Positions 43,374-43,638 of a stretch of 43,638 bases of DNA are shown piece by piece. Origin of the DNA: Parcubacteria group bacterium. Lineage in GTDB: Bacteria > Patescibacteriota > Minisyncoccia > Phycocordibacterales > GCA-002724975. Under the pieces are notes generated by a model. It was given only the letters and a program-made list of their open reading frames with translations, made no database searches and was not told the DNA's origin. A program made the translations under genes and the position numbers. Every line of letters starts with the position of its first letter. Within the stretch, counting starts at the first letter, position 1. The stretch lies in contig PBQF01000004.1 of the NCBI GenBank assembly GCA_002724975.1, positions 10,443-54,080 on the forward strand. The letters run 5' to 3'.

Positions 43374-43638
43374 TGTGTTCTCCTTTTGATCCGAGATTCA
43401 CAAGTGTTGTGCTCGACACTCTCTCGGCATCGGATTTTAAAGCACACCGATATAAACTTAGCACGGGAGGTTTAACTTGTCAAGGGTAAGAATATAGTGT
43501 GTCGCGAAGTTGGCGCTTCACTTCTCGTATGTAGTCGGACATCCACATCTCGGAACCTCCTCAGTTTTTTGTGAACAGTTTAACCAAGCTGAGATTAAAA
43601 TAGTTTTGAGGGGGTGTCAATAGTCGGCTCCCCGAACT

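Noticed and set aside
1-43638. Alternative genetic code (UGA recoded, as in some candidate phyla)
   Set aside because: All conserved genes translate full-length with the standard code. TGA is used as a genuine stop, for example at the end of pcm (4680-4682) and of the carboxypeptidase gene (28154-28156).
1-43638. CRISPR arrays, rRNA genes, tRNA genes, transposases/integrases
   Set aside because: No regularly spaced direct repeats were seen. Intergenic regions showed no T-arm (GGTTCGAATCC-like) or cloverleaf candidates, and no rRNA signatures. No ORF has DDE, tyrosine- or serine-recombinase motifs. The Cas4-like nuclease at 3021 has no cas neighbours.

Overview
AT-rich (about one third G+C by hand count), tightly packed, largely co-directional bacterial housekeeping DNA. 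The small gene sizes and domain-minimised enzymes suggest a reduced genome of the Patescibacteria/CPR type, but that is inference, not a search result. Recognisable content: mnmA; a small DNA-repair cluster (Cas4-like PD-(D/E)XK nuclease, MGMT-domain protein, pcm, family-4 UDG); six aminoacyl-tRNA synthetases (alaS, glyQS, trpS, aspS, gltX, cysS); the infA-rpmJ-rpsM-rpsK-rpsD-rpoA-rplQ-rplM-rpsI block running straight into grpE-dnaK-dnaJ; scpA/scpB; a partial cell-wall cluster (D-Ala-D-Ala carboxypeptidase, mraY, ftsW, murG, M23 peptidase); lexA; rpmA; rplI; an S41 protease; corA. Standard genetic code, with TGA used as a stop. Signals not explained by the ORF track: (1) about 20 genes have a TAnAAT-type -10 hexamer, often TGn-extended, 6-9 nt upstream of the start codon and no Shine-Dalgarno, implying mostly leaderless mRNAs; this pattern also helps re-assign several starts and supports one unlisted small ORF. 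(2) A roughly 240-nt G+C-rich, hairpin-dense transcription unit with its own promoter and intrinsic terminator lies between the S41 protease gene and rplI; I cannot assign it to an RNA family. (3) A terminator/antiterminator-like structured element follows alaS. (4) A near-identical 77-nt direct repeat carrying a promoter brackets an MBL-fold gene. (5) A perfect 9-3-9 palindrome upstream of lexA is a candidate SOS box. (6) A 655-nt stretch has no credible CDS but several inverted repeats. (7) An abrupt jump to high G+C at about 42.97-43.0 kb truncates an AlkD-like gene, and the genes beyond it have strong Shine-Dalgarno sites, indicating foreign DNA or an assembly chimera. No CRISPR array, rRNA, tRNA or transposase was recognised. 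All calls come from reading the sequence and translations only; no database search or folding program was run.
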